From NCBI GenBank assembly GCA_016182335.1, contig JACOXK010000134.1, positions 350 through 32,349 of the forward strand: a stretch of 32,000 bases of DNA. The letters are read 5' to 3'. The notes below the pieces were generated by a model that was not told where the DNA came from, ran no database searches, and saw nothing but the letters and a program-made list of their open reading frames with translations. The position numbers and the translations under genes were made by a program. Shown in pieces: positions 16,859-26,629 of the stretch (positions are counted from its first letter, which is position 1; the number at the start of each line of letters is the position of its first letter). This DNA comes from Deltaproteobacteria bacterium (GTDB lineage: Bacteria; Bdellovibrionota; JACOXK01).

Positions 16859-17665
16859 ATGTTAGAGCACCTCACTTTGCTTGAAAATAAAACAATCTAT
16901 CTCTTAAGAGAAGCTTATAGCCAATTAAGAGAAAACACCGCTCTTCTCTGGTCAATTGGAAAGGATTCCACCACTATGCTTTGGATTGCCAGAAAAGCTT
17001 TTTTTGGTACAATTCCTTTTCCCGTTATGCATATTGATACGAGCTATAAATTTAAAGAGATTTATGAATTTAGACAAAAATATGCCTCTCTATGGAATTT
17101 AAATCTCATTGTTACAAAAAATGAGGCTGCCTTAAAAGAAGGCATGAATTTTAAAAAGGGTAGATTTGAATGCTGCGATGCTCTCAAGACACAAGCGCTT
17201 AAATTGGCTTTAAATCACCATCATTTTAAAGGCGTTTATCTTGCTATCCGCAGAGATGAACATGGCATTCGCGCTAAAGAAAGATATTTTTCTCCTAGGA
17301 ATGAGCAGTTTCAATGGAACTATCAAAATCAACCTCCAGAGCTATGGAATTTATTTAAATCTACAACAGCACAAGACGAACATATTCGAATTCATCCTAT
17401 GCTCGATTGGACAGAAATTGATATTTGGAGATATATTGAAAGAGAAAAAATTCCTGTCAATTCACTTTATTTTTCTAAAAACTTCAAACGTTTTCGAAGT
17501 ATTGGCTGTGAAACTTGTTGTGAGCCTGTTGATTCTAAAGCAAGAAATTTGAAAAAAATCATTCATGAACTGGAAACGACTACTATTTCAGAACGATCGG
17601 GCAGAGCACAAGACAAAGAAAACTCTTACAATATGCAAAAATTAAGAAGTCTTGGATACATGTAA
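16859..17665 (+). CDS. cysD: Sulfate adenylyltransferase small subunit (CysD/NodP-like)
   Basis: LLWSIGKDSTTMLWIARKAFFG, CCDALKTQALKLAL, LAIRRDEHGIRAKERYFSPR, FRSIGCETCCEPVDS, ISERSGRAQDKE. ORF track start is 16805. Confidence 0.88.
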   Translation: MLEHLTLLENKTIYLLREAYSQLRENTALLWSIGKDSTTMLWIARKAFFGTIPFPVMHIDTSYKFKEIYEFRQKYASLWNLNLIVTKNEAALKEGMNFKKGRFECCDALKTQALKLALNHHHFKGVYLAIRRDEHGIRAKERYFSPRNEQFQWNYQNQPPELWNLFKSTTAQDEHIRIHPMLDWTEIDIWRYIEREKIPVNSLYFSKNFKRFRSIGCETCCEPVDSKARNLKKIIHELETTTISERSGRAQDKENSYNMQKLRSLGYM

Positions 17666-18903
17666 TGAAAGAATCCTTTAACATTGTCATTGTGGGCCAT
17701 GTAGATCATGGAAAATCTACGCTGATAGGCAGACTCTTATATGACACACGGTCCCTTCCCAAAGAAAAAATCGTAGAAGTCAGAAAGATTTCCAAAGAAC
17801 TTGGCAAAGAAATGGAATTGGCTTTTCTCATGGATCATTTAAAAGAAGAAAGAGAAAAAAATATTACAATTGATACTACTCAAATATTTTTTAAAAGCCG
17901 AAAGCGAAATTATGTCATTATTGATGCCCCTGGTCATGTTGAATTTACAAAAAATATGTTAACAGGGGCAAGCCGTGCTGACGGGTCACTACTGATCATC
18001 GATGCCCATGCTGGCATTCAAGAGCAGACTAGGCGCCATGCTTATCTTCTCAAAATGCTTGGCATTAAAGACCTGATTGTTGTTTTAAATAAGATGGACC
18101 TTGTTCGTTATAAAGAGCACGTTTTTAATACTTTAAAAGAAGAGATTTTAACATTTTTAAAAACGCTGAACCTATATCCCTCTTTTATTATTCCACTCTC
18201 TTCAAAAGAAGGAATCCATATTTCAAAATACTCTTCACTTATGCCCTGGTATCAGGGACATTATTTAATAAACGCTCTGGATCAATTAAAAATGAATGAA
18301 AAAACAAAAAAGCCGCTGCGATTGCCCATACAAGATATTTATGAATGTGATGGCACGAAAATAATTGTTGGAAAAATAACCTCTGGAACACTCAAACAAG
18401 GCCAAAAGGTCACATTACTCCCAACTCGTGAGCAGGTTCAAGTAGCATCCATAATGGCTTTTGGTAAGAGTAAAAAGAAAAATGCACAAAAAAATGAAAA
18501 TATCGGACTTATAATAACGCCCTCTTTACCGATAAAAAGAGGAGATGTCTTGAGTGACTCACACCAGTCCGCCAAAATAAAAAATATCTTTGGGGCTCAT
18601 TTATTTTGGATATCCGAAAAACCTTTAAAAATTAATGAGCCATTCACTTTAAGATGCAATACACAGAGTGTACATTGTGAAGTGCTTAAAATTGAAAAAA
18701 GAATTAACTCTTCAACTTTGCAAGTATTGGAGATAGATGCTTCTCTTCTTAACACAAATGAAGCAGCTGTCGTTGTCTTAGAAGCAAAAGTTCCCCTCAT
18801 TCATGACCCATTTAACTTTATCGAAGAAATGGGAAGATTTGTCATTGAACAAGACTTTAATATTCAAGGTGCAGGTGTGATTAAAGAAGACACACTCTTT
18901 TAA
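17665..18903 (+). CDS. cysN: Sulfate adenylyltransferase GTPase subunit (CysN/NodQ-N-like), no APS kinase domain
   Basis: GHVDHGKSTLIGRLLYDT, NITIDTTQIFF, DAPGHVEFTKNMLTGASRADGSLLIIDAHAGIQEQTRRHAYLLKMLGIKDLIVVLNKMDLV; start overlaps the cysD stop; 412 aa. Confidence 0.88.
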   Translation: MKESFNIVIVGHVDHGKSTLIGRLLYDTRSLPKEKIVEVRKISKELGKEMELAFLMDHLKEEREKNITIDTTQIFFKSRKRNYVIIDAPGHVEFTKNMLTGASRADGSLLIIDAHAGIQEQTRRHAYLLKMLGIKDLIVVLNKMDLVRYKEHVFNTLKEEILTFLKTLNLYPSFIIPLSSKEGIHISKYSSLMPWYQGHYLINALDQLKMNEKTKKPLRLPIQDIYECDGTKIIVGKITSGTLKQGQKVTLLPTREQVQVASIMAFGKSKKKNAQKNENIGLIITPSLPIKRGDVLSDSHQSAKIKNIFGAHLFWISEKPLKINEPFTLRCNTQSVHCEVLKIEKRINSSTLQVLEIDASLLNTNEAAVVVLEAKVPLIHDPFNFIEEMGRFVIEQDFNIQGAGVIKEDTLF

Positions 18904-20960
18904 AATAAACTTTTTCCGTCTAAATCAAGTGCCTTTATGTATTGGTCATCGTACCCTGTCATTTTTAAGATCGTCGGCATCATATCGTAGATGGACACTG
19001 TGTCCTGAACCAGAGGTTTGTTCATGAACAAAACGCCCGGCACAAGCTCAGGATCAAACAAATGATCGCCAGACCATTTTTTCAAATTGTCTTCCAACAA
19101 CTCGCTGGGCACTGCCCCCATAGCCGTTTGCCAGGATGCACGATAACCCTCATGAAATCCAACATAAAGATCTGGGGCATCATTGGCTTTATCACCCCAA
19201 AAAATTTCTTGTCCTAAGTAGACGCGAGAGACGATTTTTTCAGAATGTTTTTGATCGACCCACGTCTGTAATTTTTCAGATATCTCTTTTTTAAGTTCTT
19301 CACTTTCTGATTCTACAATGCCTTCTGCCTCTCTTCCCTTTTGGTTCATATAAATACCCCCAAACCCCAACGCATAGGCTTTTGTTTTTGTCCAATCAAT
19401 GTCTTTTAGTAATTCCTGGCCACTACTGGCTGATTTATTTTTTAATACTAAATAACCATTGTCCCTCAACCAACTATTTAAATGAACCGCTCTTCTAAAC
19501 GTGCCAAATCCATGATCCGATAAAACAATGATTGTATCCTCTTGTCCGATATGACCCATCACTTCACCTAAAATCTGATCCATTTTTTCATACCAATCAT
19601 AGATAGCCGTTTTATATTGTTGGGCAGCCTTATCGTCATAAAGAGGGTGCTTGGGATCAATATAGCGCCAAAACATATGTTGAATCACATCAGAAGATCC
19701 AAAATAGAAAAAAAGAAGCCCCCGATCAAAGCGATTTAATTCGTAAGCCAAAATTTTTTTCTTTTCGGTGAGCAATGTATTGATTTGCAAAAGGGCTGCA
19801 TCCTCGCCAAGTCTGCCTTCATTGACCGCCCATGTATCGGCCGGCATGCCTTGAGTATGAAAGCAACCTATATGTTCTGCAAGTTCTTGACTGTACTTTT
19901 TCGGGTGTGAAATTTGGAAATAAGGATTTTTAGGATCAAAGTTTATTGGACTTAAATAAAGATTAAACTCTGGCTCAAGAGATGCCAAATAAAATCTTAC
20001 AACACCTCTCATTTTCTTAAACAAACCCACTTTAAACGCAACTTCTTTCCACCCACTCCACTCACCCACTGTGAGCTCAAATTTATTATTTTCATAAATA
20101 ATGTAGACGGTGTTCTTATCCTTTTGAACAACTCGAAAAGGTGTTTTTACATGGGCTGCGTCTTTAAAAAAGCCTTTTATTTTAGGACCAATGAAATCTA
20201 ATTTCATCATTCGAGAATTATAGATGTTAAAAACTTTTCCTCCCGTCGTATTTTTATTTTCTAAAACTTCTGAGGTATAAAAAGTAAATGTGCCTTCTGT
20301 CCCCAGAATATCTGGCACCCCCATACCAGAAAGCATTGTGCCAAATACTGCATCAGGGGGGAACGTAAGAGGATGAGATATAATCGCGGTGGGGATTTTT
20401 TTATCTGATGTGTACTGCCAAAAACGTTTGTCTTTAATAATAGATTTTACTTTCCCTTGAGTGGTATTTGAAAGAGACAGTCTCAAATCATATGTCTTAG
20501 GATCTCTTAAAATAAAGTCGAAAATACCCGTTTTTGCAGGATTTTTGCCCGTAGAAAAGGCCGTCCAGGCAACCGGGGACTGAGGTGGATTTGTCGTCTG
20601 TAAACGCTTGTAAGATCCATGAGATTTAAGCATTGAAAAATGGGGCAATTTTCCTTGTGCCATCATCGGTTCCATAATCTTTGGGCTAAGACCATCCATG
20701 CCTAAAATAATTATTTTTCGATTGAAATTACCGCTTTGACTACTATTTTTCATAAAAAAAAATCCAGCACTGAAGAGGACTAAAATGATAATGCAAAAAA
20801 ATGTAAAATAAAACTTATGCCTTCTCATAAAATTAACAATTTTCTTAAAAAAAATTACGATAAGACCTAATAAGCCTGACAAAAGACCTAATAACCAACC
20901 ACCAATACTAAAAATGACGTACCCCGAAATAGGATCAATATAACTTAAGTTTAAATCCAC
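18900..20960 (-). CDS. Membrane-anchored type I phosphodiesterase/nucleotide pyrophosphatase-like protein (AlkP superfamily)
   Basis: N-terminal TM segments including YIDPISGYVIFSIGGWLLGLLSGLLG; IILGMDGLSPKIMEPMMAQGKLPHFSMLKSHG; SPVAWTAFSTGKNPAKTGIFDF; YFGSSDVIQHMFWRY; LSDHGFGTF; GDHLFDPELVPGVLF. Confidence 0.88.
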   Translation of the reverse strand: MDLNLSYIDPISGYVIFSIGGWLLGLLSGLLGLIVIFFKKIVNFMRRHKFYFTFFCIIILVLFSAGFFFMKNSSQSGNFNRKIIILGMDGLSPKIMEPMMAQGKLPHFSMLKSHGSYKRLQTTNPPQSPVAWTAFSTGKNPAKTGIFDFILRDPKTYDLRLSLSNTTQGKVKSIIKDKRFWQYTSDKKIPTAIISHPLTFPPDAVFGTMLSGMGVPDILGTEGTFTFYTSEVLENKNTTGGKVFNIYNSRMMKLDFIGPKIKGFFKDAAHVKTPFRVVQKDKNTVYIIYENNKFELTVGEWSGWKEVAFKVGLFKKMRGVVRFYLASLEPEFNLYLSPINFDPKNPYFQISHPKKYSQELAEHIGCFHTQGMPADTWAVNEGRLGEDAALLQINTLLTEKKKILAYELNRFDRGLLFFYFGSSDVIQHMFWRYIDPKHPLYDDKAAQQYKTAIYDWYEKMDQILGEVMGHIGQEDTIIVLSDHGFGTFRRAVHLNSWLRDNGYLVLKNKSASSGQELLKDIDWTKTKAYALGFGGIYMNQKGREAEGIVESESEELKKEISEKLQTWVDQKHSEKIVSRVYLGQEIFWGDKANDAPDLYVGFHEGYRASWQTAMGAVPSELLEDNLKKWSGDHLFDPELVPGVLFMNKPLVQDTVSIYDMMPTILKMTGYDDQYIKALDLDGKSLF

Positions 20961-21049
20961 ACATATCTCCTACAGGGTTTTGAAATTCCAACGCCGCTCT
21001 ACTCTATTATTTTATCTTTCTAGTTGAGTCAACATGGGTCTGTAGGGGT

Positions 21050-22441
21050 TTAGGAAGATGGAAGAATTCTTTTTCTCTTTAACTTTTCAATAAGAGTTGT
21101 CCTTTTAAGATTAAGCATTGAAGCTGCTCTTTTTTTGTTACCACTTGTTCGATTCAGAACAGTGTTTATGATTGTGTTCTCAAAATCTTCAACTGCTTTA
21201 TTAAAATCAACTCCAAGCTCTGGTATATACAACTCATTAAAAACAAGAGAATCTTCTTTCCTAAATAATGACATGGGAAGGTCTTTTATTTCTATGCGAC
21301 CACCGTCTTTTAAAATCATGGTCCTCTCCAAAACATTTTCAAGTTCCCGAACATTTCCCTGCCATGAATAATAACATAATGCATTCATCGCTTCCTCACT
21401 CAGGCCCAAGATTCTTTTTTGATGATTATTCTGTCGTTGATTGAAGCTTTCAACGAAGTGCCGAACAAGCAATGGGATATCTTCCCTTCTTTCACGCAAA
21501 GAGGGAATGAGAATAGGGATGACATTCAGGCGATAATACAGATCTTCTCTAAATGTTTTTCTCTTAACCGCTTTTTCAATATCTATATTGGTCGCCGCCA
21601 AAATCCTTACATCAATAGATTTATTTTTTCCACCCACCGGATCAATTGTTTTGCTCTGAAGTACTCGAAGCAATTTCACCTGAAGGTTCAATGGCATGTT
21701 TCCTATTTCATCGAGAAATAAGGTTCCACCATCCGCCATTTCAAACCGGCCCATCCTATCTGCTACAGCCCCCGTAAAAGAACCTCTCGTATGACCAAAG
21801 AGCTCCGATTCTAAAAGAGCTTCAGGAATAGCTCCGCAATTAACTGTAATAAATGGCTTATCAGCTCTGTGGCTATTATAGTGAATTGCTGATGCAACAA
21901 GCTCTTTGCCTGAACCACTCTCTCCTAGAATGAGCACAGTGCAATTTGATGAAGCAACTTTTTGAATGATCTCAAAAACTTGTCTCATAGCCGTACTTTT
22001 TCCAATGAGATCTTCAAATTTAAAATGGGCTTTAAGTTGTCTTTGATAAATAGTGTTTTGTTTCTCAAGTTTTTGATGTCCCAAAGCTTTTTCAAGAAGA
22101 TTATGCACTTCCTCAAGTCTAAAGGGTTTTGTAATGTAATGAAAAGCCCCACGTTTTATAGCTTCAATAGAGGACTCAATACTCCCATAACCCGTCATGA
22201 CAATAACGCACGGCCTGTGACTATTAGAACCAATGCGCGTCAATAAATTCATCCCATCCATATCTGGAAGTCTTAGATCTAAAAGAATCGCGTCAAATTT
22301 TTTCTGCTCTTGTAAATCGAGAGCTTCTTTTCCATCTTTGACGCATGTAACAGTGTACTGACAGGACAATAAATATTTATGAAGAGCCAGGCGACAGCCC
22401 GCGTCGTCATCTACAACTAGTACGTGGGATTTTTCAGACAT
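21050..22441 (-). CDS. NtrC-family sigma-54-dependent response regulator
   Basis: Receiver domain (VLVVDDDAGCRLAL, ILLDLRLPDMDG, YITKP), AAA+ domain (GESGSGKELVASAIH, ESELFGHTRGSFTGAVADR, DGGTLFLDEIGNM), Fis-type HTH (NRTSGNKKRAASMLNLKRTTLIEKLKR). ORF track start is 22495. Confidence 0.93.
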   Translation of the reverse strand: MSEKSHVLVVDDDAGCRLALHKYLLSCQYTVTCVKDGKEALDLQEQKKFDAILLDLRLPDMDGMNLLTRIGSNSHRPCVIVMTGYGSIESSIEAIKRGAFHYITKPFRLEEVHNLLEKALGHQKLEKQNTIYQRQLKAHFKFEDLIGKSTAMRQVFEIIQKVASSNCTVLILGESGSGKELVASAIHYNSHRADKPFITVNCGAIPEALLESELFGHTRGSFTGAVADRMGRFEMADGGTLFLDEIGNMPLNLQVKLLRVLQSKTIDPVGGKNKSIDVRILAATNIDIEKAVKRKTFREDLYYRLNVIPILIPSLRERREDIPLLVRHFVESFNQRQNNHQKRILGLSEEAMNALCYYSWQGNVRELENVLERTMILKDGGRIEIKDLPMSLFRKEDSLVFNELYIPELGVDFNKAVEDFENTIINTVLNRTSGNKKRAASMLNLKRTTLIEKLKRKRILPSS

Positions 22442-22565
22442 TCGTCTTATCTCCCTCAAGCTAAAACGACTGCAACTGTACTTTGTTAAAGGCAATTAAA
22501 ACGCTTACACAACCACAACTCAATTTAAGAGTAACATCGTGACAACGAAAGTCAATTTTCCCACA

Positions 22566-22686
22566 GCAATGCCATAGTTATGATGGCTACTGCGTTCTAG
22601 CCCGTTGGGCTCCTCGACGTACAGCACAGCACACCTACGTCGTCATCCTCCCAGCGGCCTTATCTGCCTCATAACTATGACATCGC
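22566..22686. repeat. 121-bp imperfect palindromic element between der and the response-regulator gene
   Basis: Outer arms GCAATGCCATAGTTATGA / TCATAACTATGACATCGC; middle CCGTTGGG / CCCAGCGG; inner CGACGTA / TACGTCG (22615-22621 / 22636-22642). Confidence 0.7.
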
Positions 22687-22695
22687 TAATAACAA

Positions 22696-24009
22696 TTAAG
22701 AGAACAACACCTGAATGGGGGCTCCTGTAAATTGATACTCTCTGTAAAGTTCGTTGATGAGATACTTTTTGTAGGGATCTTTCAAACTGTCACGAGGATT
22801 AGTTTTAAAATAAAACTTCGGTGGGGAAACTTCCATTTGAGATAGTTTTGTAATTTTAGGTAATTTCCCACGATAAAGTGGAGGAGGAACTCTCTGTACC
22901 CGACTTTCAACAAAGAGCCCAAGTTCGGAAGTTGAAAGAAGTCTCTTTCGAGCTACGTATAAGTCCTGAGCTATTTTAAAAAGCTTTATGACGCGCTGAC
23001 CGCTCAAAGCAGAAAGAAAAATCATGGGGGACCAAAAAAATTGAGGGTAAAAATCCCTAAAGTCCCTCTCAAACTGAACCGACGTTTTAGAATCCTTTGT
23101 TACAAGGTCCCATTTATTCACAATGAACACCAAAGATGTTCCTTCATCCATGGCCATGTGGGCAATTTTGAGATCTTGTTCAACAATCCCTTTGTCTCCA
23201 TCCACAACAAGAAAGGCGACATCCGCCCTTTTCATAGCCATCCTTGACCGATGGGTGGCATAAAACTCTAGACTTTTATTAACTCTTGCAGGCTTTCGAA
23301 TACCCGCAGTGTCCACAAAAGAAAAAAGGATATTGTCTCTCACAATAGGAACATCAATAGAGTCCCGCGTCGTCAGCGGTTCGTTGCTTACGATACACCT
23401 ATTTTGTCCAAGAAGTTTGTTCGTCAGAGTTGATTTGCCAACATTGGGGCGTCCCACAATAGCAATTTTAATTTCTTCCTGAATAGCTTCATCACTCTGG
23501 GATGGCTCAATGGGTGGAAGTGCTCCTTCTATGGCATCTACAAGCGCCTCTAAACCCAACTTGTGTTCTGCTGAAATGGGATAAAAAACATCTTCCCCAA
23601 GTTCATAATAATCAATAATTCTATCTTCGTGAAGAGGATCATCCATTTTGTTGATCACAAGAAGAATATTCTTACTCATTTTTCGAAGTTCTCGAATGAA
23701 ATCTTTGTCCACAGGATGTAGTCCCTGAGTCCCATCCATTACATAGAGGAGAAGATGAGACTGTTGCAGAGCAATATGAACCTGCTCCTGCATAAGACGA
23801 TCCAACTCACTTAAAATAGTAGGTTCTAACCCGCCTGTATCAATCAACTGAAATTTTTTTGTTTTTCCAAAGACAAGAGCATCATGCCGATCTCTCGTAA
23901 CCCCCGCTTCCGGGGATACAATAGCGGATCGGCGTTTAACGATTCTGTTAAACAGAGTTGATTTACCCACATTGGGTCTGCCGATAATAGCAACTTGAGA
24001 ATATTTCAT
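22696..24009 (-). CDS. der: Ribosome biogenesis GTPase Der (EngA)
   Basis: Two tandem GTPase domains: VAIIGRPNVGKSTLFNRI and IAIVGRPNVGKSTLTNKLL; C-terminal KH-like domain. Confidence 0.97.
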   Translation of the reverse strand: MKYSQVAIIGRPNVGKSTLFNRIVKRRSAIVSPEAGVTRDRHDALVFGKTKKFQLIDTGGLEPTILSELDRLMQEQVHIALQQSHLLLYVMDGTQGLHPVDKDFIRELRKMSKNILLVINKMDDPLHEDRIIDYYELGEDVFYPISAEHKLGLEALVDAIEGALPPIEPSQSDEAIQEEIKIAIVGRPNVGKSTLTNKLLGQNRCIVSNEPLTTRDSIDVPIVRDNILFSFVDTAGIRKPARVNKSLEFYATHRSRMAMKRADVAFLVVDGDKGIVEQDLKIAHMAMDEGTSLVFIVNKWDLVTKDSKTSVQFERDFRDFYPQFFWSPMIFLSALSGQRVIKLFKIAQDLYVARKRLLSTSELGLFVESRVQRVPPPLYRGKLPKITKLSQMEVSPPKFYFKTNPRDSLKDPYKKYLINELYREYQFTGAPIQVLFS

Positions 24010-24692
24010 AAAATATCCAATTGCATCAGAGCTTGTTTTGCTGCATTTTGCTCTGCTTCCTTCTTACTTTTTCCCTGACCTTTAGAAAGAATTTTACTCT
24101 TCAAAACAAGGTTCACTTCAAAGATTTTTTTATGATCAGGGCCATTTTCCTGGATCACTCTGTATTGAGGGGTCGTATGGTGTTTTAACTGAACAAACTG
24201 TTGAAAGCTAGATTTATAATCAAAAGAATCGTAATGGTTTTCAACATCTTCTATTTCATGATCAAACAAGTGCGCCACAACTTCATAAACTTTTTGAAAA
24301 CCACCATCCAGATAAATAGCCGCGAGAATAGCCTCAAGAGCACAGGCCAATATAGAGTCTTTCCCTCGTCCGCCAGACTTTTCCTCTCCACGGCCTAAAA
24401 AAAGAAACTCTCCAAGATTGAGTTTTCTTGAGATGTTCGACAAAGTTTTTTCATTCACAAGGGTAGCTCTCATCTTTGAGAGATCCCCTTCTCTTTTTGT
24501 TTCAAATTTTTTCATCAGGATGTCACTGATGACAAGATCAAGGATGGCATCCCCTAAGAACTCAAGCCTTTCGTTGTGAAACTCACTGTGCTGATTTTCG
24601 TGCTTGAATGACCCATGAGTGAGGGCTTTTTGAAGCAGCAACGAATCGTGAAAAGGGTATTGCAGAAGATGTTCTAAGGCAACAAAATTCAT
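24006..24692 (-). CDS. rnc: Ribonuclease III
   Basis: ALTHGSFKHENQHSEFHNERLEFLGDAILDLVISD, DSILACALEAILAAIYLDGGF, C-terminal dsRBD with GQGKSKKEAEQNAAKQAL. Confidence 0.96.
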   Translation of the reverse strand: MNFVALEHLLQYPFHDSLLLQKALTHGSFKHENQHSEFHNERLEFLGDAILDLVISDILMKKFETKREGDLSKMRATLVNEKTLSNISRKLNLGEFLFLGRGEEKSGGRGKDSILACALEAILAAIYLDGGFQKVYEVVAHLFDHEIEDVENHYDSFDYKSSFQQFVQLKHHTTPQYRVIQENGPDHKKIFEVNLVLKSKILSKGQGKSKKEAEQNAAKQALMQLDIL

Positions 24693-24798
24693 AATGTGCC
24701 ATTACTAACACACTTGGGACCAAAAAATAAGAGGCTGCCCTGCGCCAGCACAAAGTTGCCAGGATGTTTCTACCTGGCTAATATCTTTAACATACAGT

Positions 24799-26628
24799 AT
24801 GAGATTCTTAAGACTTAAATATTTTTTTATTGGAAAGCCCATTGCCACCGATAGAGCTGCTCATGAGCTTATTCCAAAGTGGAAAGCCTTGGCAGTCCTC
24901 TCCTCTGATGCTTTATCGTCTGTTGCTTACGGAACAGAAGAGGTGCTTATCCCACTAGCTGCATTTGCAGCTACAGCTGTCGCTTGGTCCATGCCCATAG
25001 CGCTTGCGATTGCAGCCCTTCTCACTATTCTTGCCTTATCTTATCGGCAGACAATTCACGCCTATCCACACGGAGGTGGTGCCTATACGGTCGCAAAGGA
25101 AAATTTAGGCCTGAATGCAGGACTTGTAGCAGGAGCTGCTCTTTTGATTGACTACGTTCTGACTGTTGCAGTTTCAGTAGCCGCTGGCATTGAAAACATT
25201 GCTTCAGCATTCCCATTTATCGCTCATCATAAAGTTGCTTTTGGGTGCATCGTTGTCCTCTTATTAATGGTTACCAATTTAAGAGGGGTTCGTGAGTCCT
25301 CTAATGTTTTTGCTTTTCCAACCTATTTCTTCATCTTATCCTTCATAATTATGTTTGTTGTCGGAGCATGGCAAATGGTCACAGGGTCAGCATCACCAGT
25401 AGCTCCCATACTTCACGAAGCCTATCCTGCCATTCCATTATTCTTGCTGCTCAGATCCTTTGCGTCCGGATGTGTGGCCGTCACTGGAACCGAAGCTATT
25501 TCAAATGGTGTGCCTATTTTTAAAATACCCTCTGCTCAAAATGCCAGAACCACCCTCACATGGATGGCCTTCATACTTGGGTCCTTTTTCTTAGGTGTTA
25601 CATTATTAAGCCATGTCTATGGCATTTATCCTCAAGAAGGAGAAACCGTTGTTGCAGCCCTCTCACGTGCCATTTTTGGTTCTTCTGTATTTTATTATTT
25701 TATTCCAGTCTCAACGGCTCTCATATTACTCTTAGCGGCAAACACAAGTTATGCCGATTTCCCTAGGCTGTGTTCTTTAATTGGTGATGATCGCTACCTT
25801 CCCAGACAATTTAAAAACCGTGGTGACAGACTTGTTTTTTCAAACGGAATATTTGGCTTAAGTGCTGCAGCCGTCTTTCTTATCATTCTTTTTAAAGGAC
25901 GAACTCACCATTTAATTCCCCTGTATGCAGTCGGGGTCTTTATATCTTTCACCCTATCGCAATTGGGCATGGTGCGATATCATTTCAAACACCGTAGAAA
26001 AAAATGGTTGATTTCCTCTCTTTTTAATGGCTTGGGTGCACTAACGACGTTTGTTGTTCTCCTTGTTGTTGCCGTCACAAAATTTATCTTTGGCGCCTGG
26101 ATAGTCCTTCTCGTTCTGCCGTGCATGGTGGTTGTATTTCGCCGAATTCACCATCATTATCTTGCTGTTGGAGCAGAACTCTCATTAATAGGTAAAAACC
26201 CTCCACCAAGGTTGGAACCTTTCAATCACGCTGTCGTCATCCCCATTTCTGGGATTCATTGCGGTGTTCTTGAGGCATTAAGATATGCCCTGTCTCTTTC
26301 TCATAATGTTCGCGCCTGTTATATAGAATTTGATCCGGAGGCCACAAAGCGCCTCCTTCCACAGTGGGAGCAATGGGCTGCACAAATTCCATTGGAGATC
26401 ATTAGATCACCCTTTCGCTCTATTGTAAGACCGCTTCTTCGATACATAAACCAGGTCGATCATGAAACTCAATGCGATATGATAACTCTTATTATTCCAG
26501 AATTTATCACGAAAAAATGGTACCACCAATTTCTTCACAACCAAACAGCCTTTTTTATACGAGCTGCTCTTATTTTTAAACCAAAAATCGTCGTCACAAG
26601 TGTTAGATATCATCTTCAAAACACATAG
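24799..26628 (+). CDS. APC-superfamily permease resembling KimA-type potassium:proton symporters
   Basis: FIGKPIATDRAAHELIPKWKALAVLSSDALSSVAYGTEEVLI, LSYRQTIHAYPHGGGAYTVAKENLG, NTSYADFPRLCSLIGDDRYLPRQF; 12 TM-like helices and a cytosolic C-terminal domain. Confidence 0.82.
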   Translation: MRFLRLKYFFIGKPIATDRAAHELIPKWKALAVLSSDALSSVAYGTEEVLIPLAAFAATAVAWSMPIALAIAALLTILALSYRQTIHAYPHGGGAYTVAKENLGLNAGLVAGAALLIDYVLTVAVSVAAGIENIASAFPFIAHHKVAFGCIVVLLLMVTNLRGVRESSNVFAFPTYFFILSFIIMFVVGAWQMVTGSASPVAPILHEAYPAIPLFLLLRSFASGCVAVTGTEAISNGVPIFKIPSAQNARTTLTWMAFILGSFFLGVTLLSHVYGIYPQEGETVVAALSRAIFGSSVFYYFIPVSTALILLLAANTSYADFPRLCSLIGDDRYLPRQFKNRGDRLVFSNGIFGLSAAAVFLIILFKGRTHHLIPLYAVGVFISFTLSQLGMVRYHFKHRRKKWLISSLFNGLGALTTFVVLLVVAVTKFIFGAWIVLLVLPCMVVVFRRIHHHYLAVGAELSLIGKNPPPRLEPFNHAVVIPISGIHCGVLEALRYALSLSHNVRACYIEFDPEATKRLLPQWEQWAAQIPLEIIRSPFRSIVRPLLRYINQVDHETQCDMITLIIPEFITKKWYHQFLHNQTAFFIRAALIFKPKIVVTSVRYHLQNT

Positions 26629-26629
26629 T

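Noticed and set aside
17665-18903. CysN as a bifunctional CysNC/NodQ fusion
   Set aside because: The protein ends at 412 aa after the elongation-factor-like domains and has no second P-loop or APS kinase domain.
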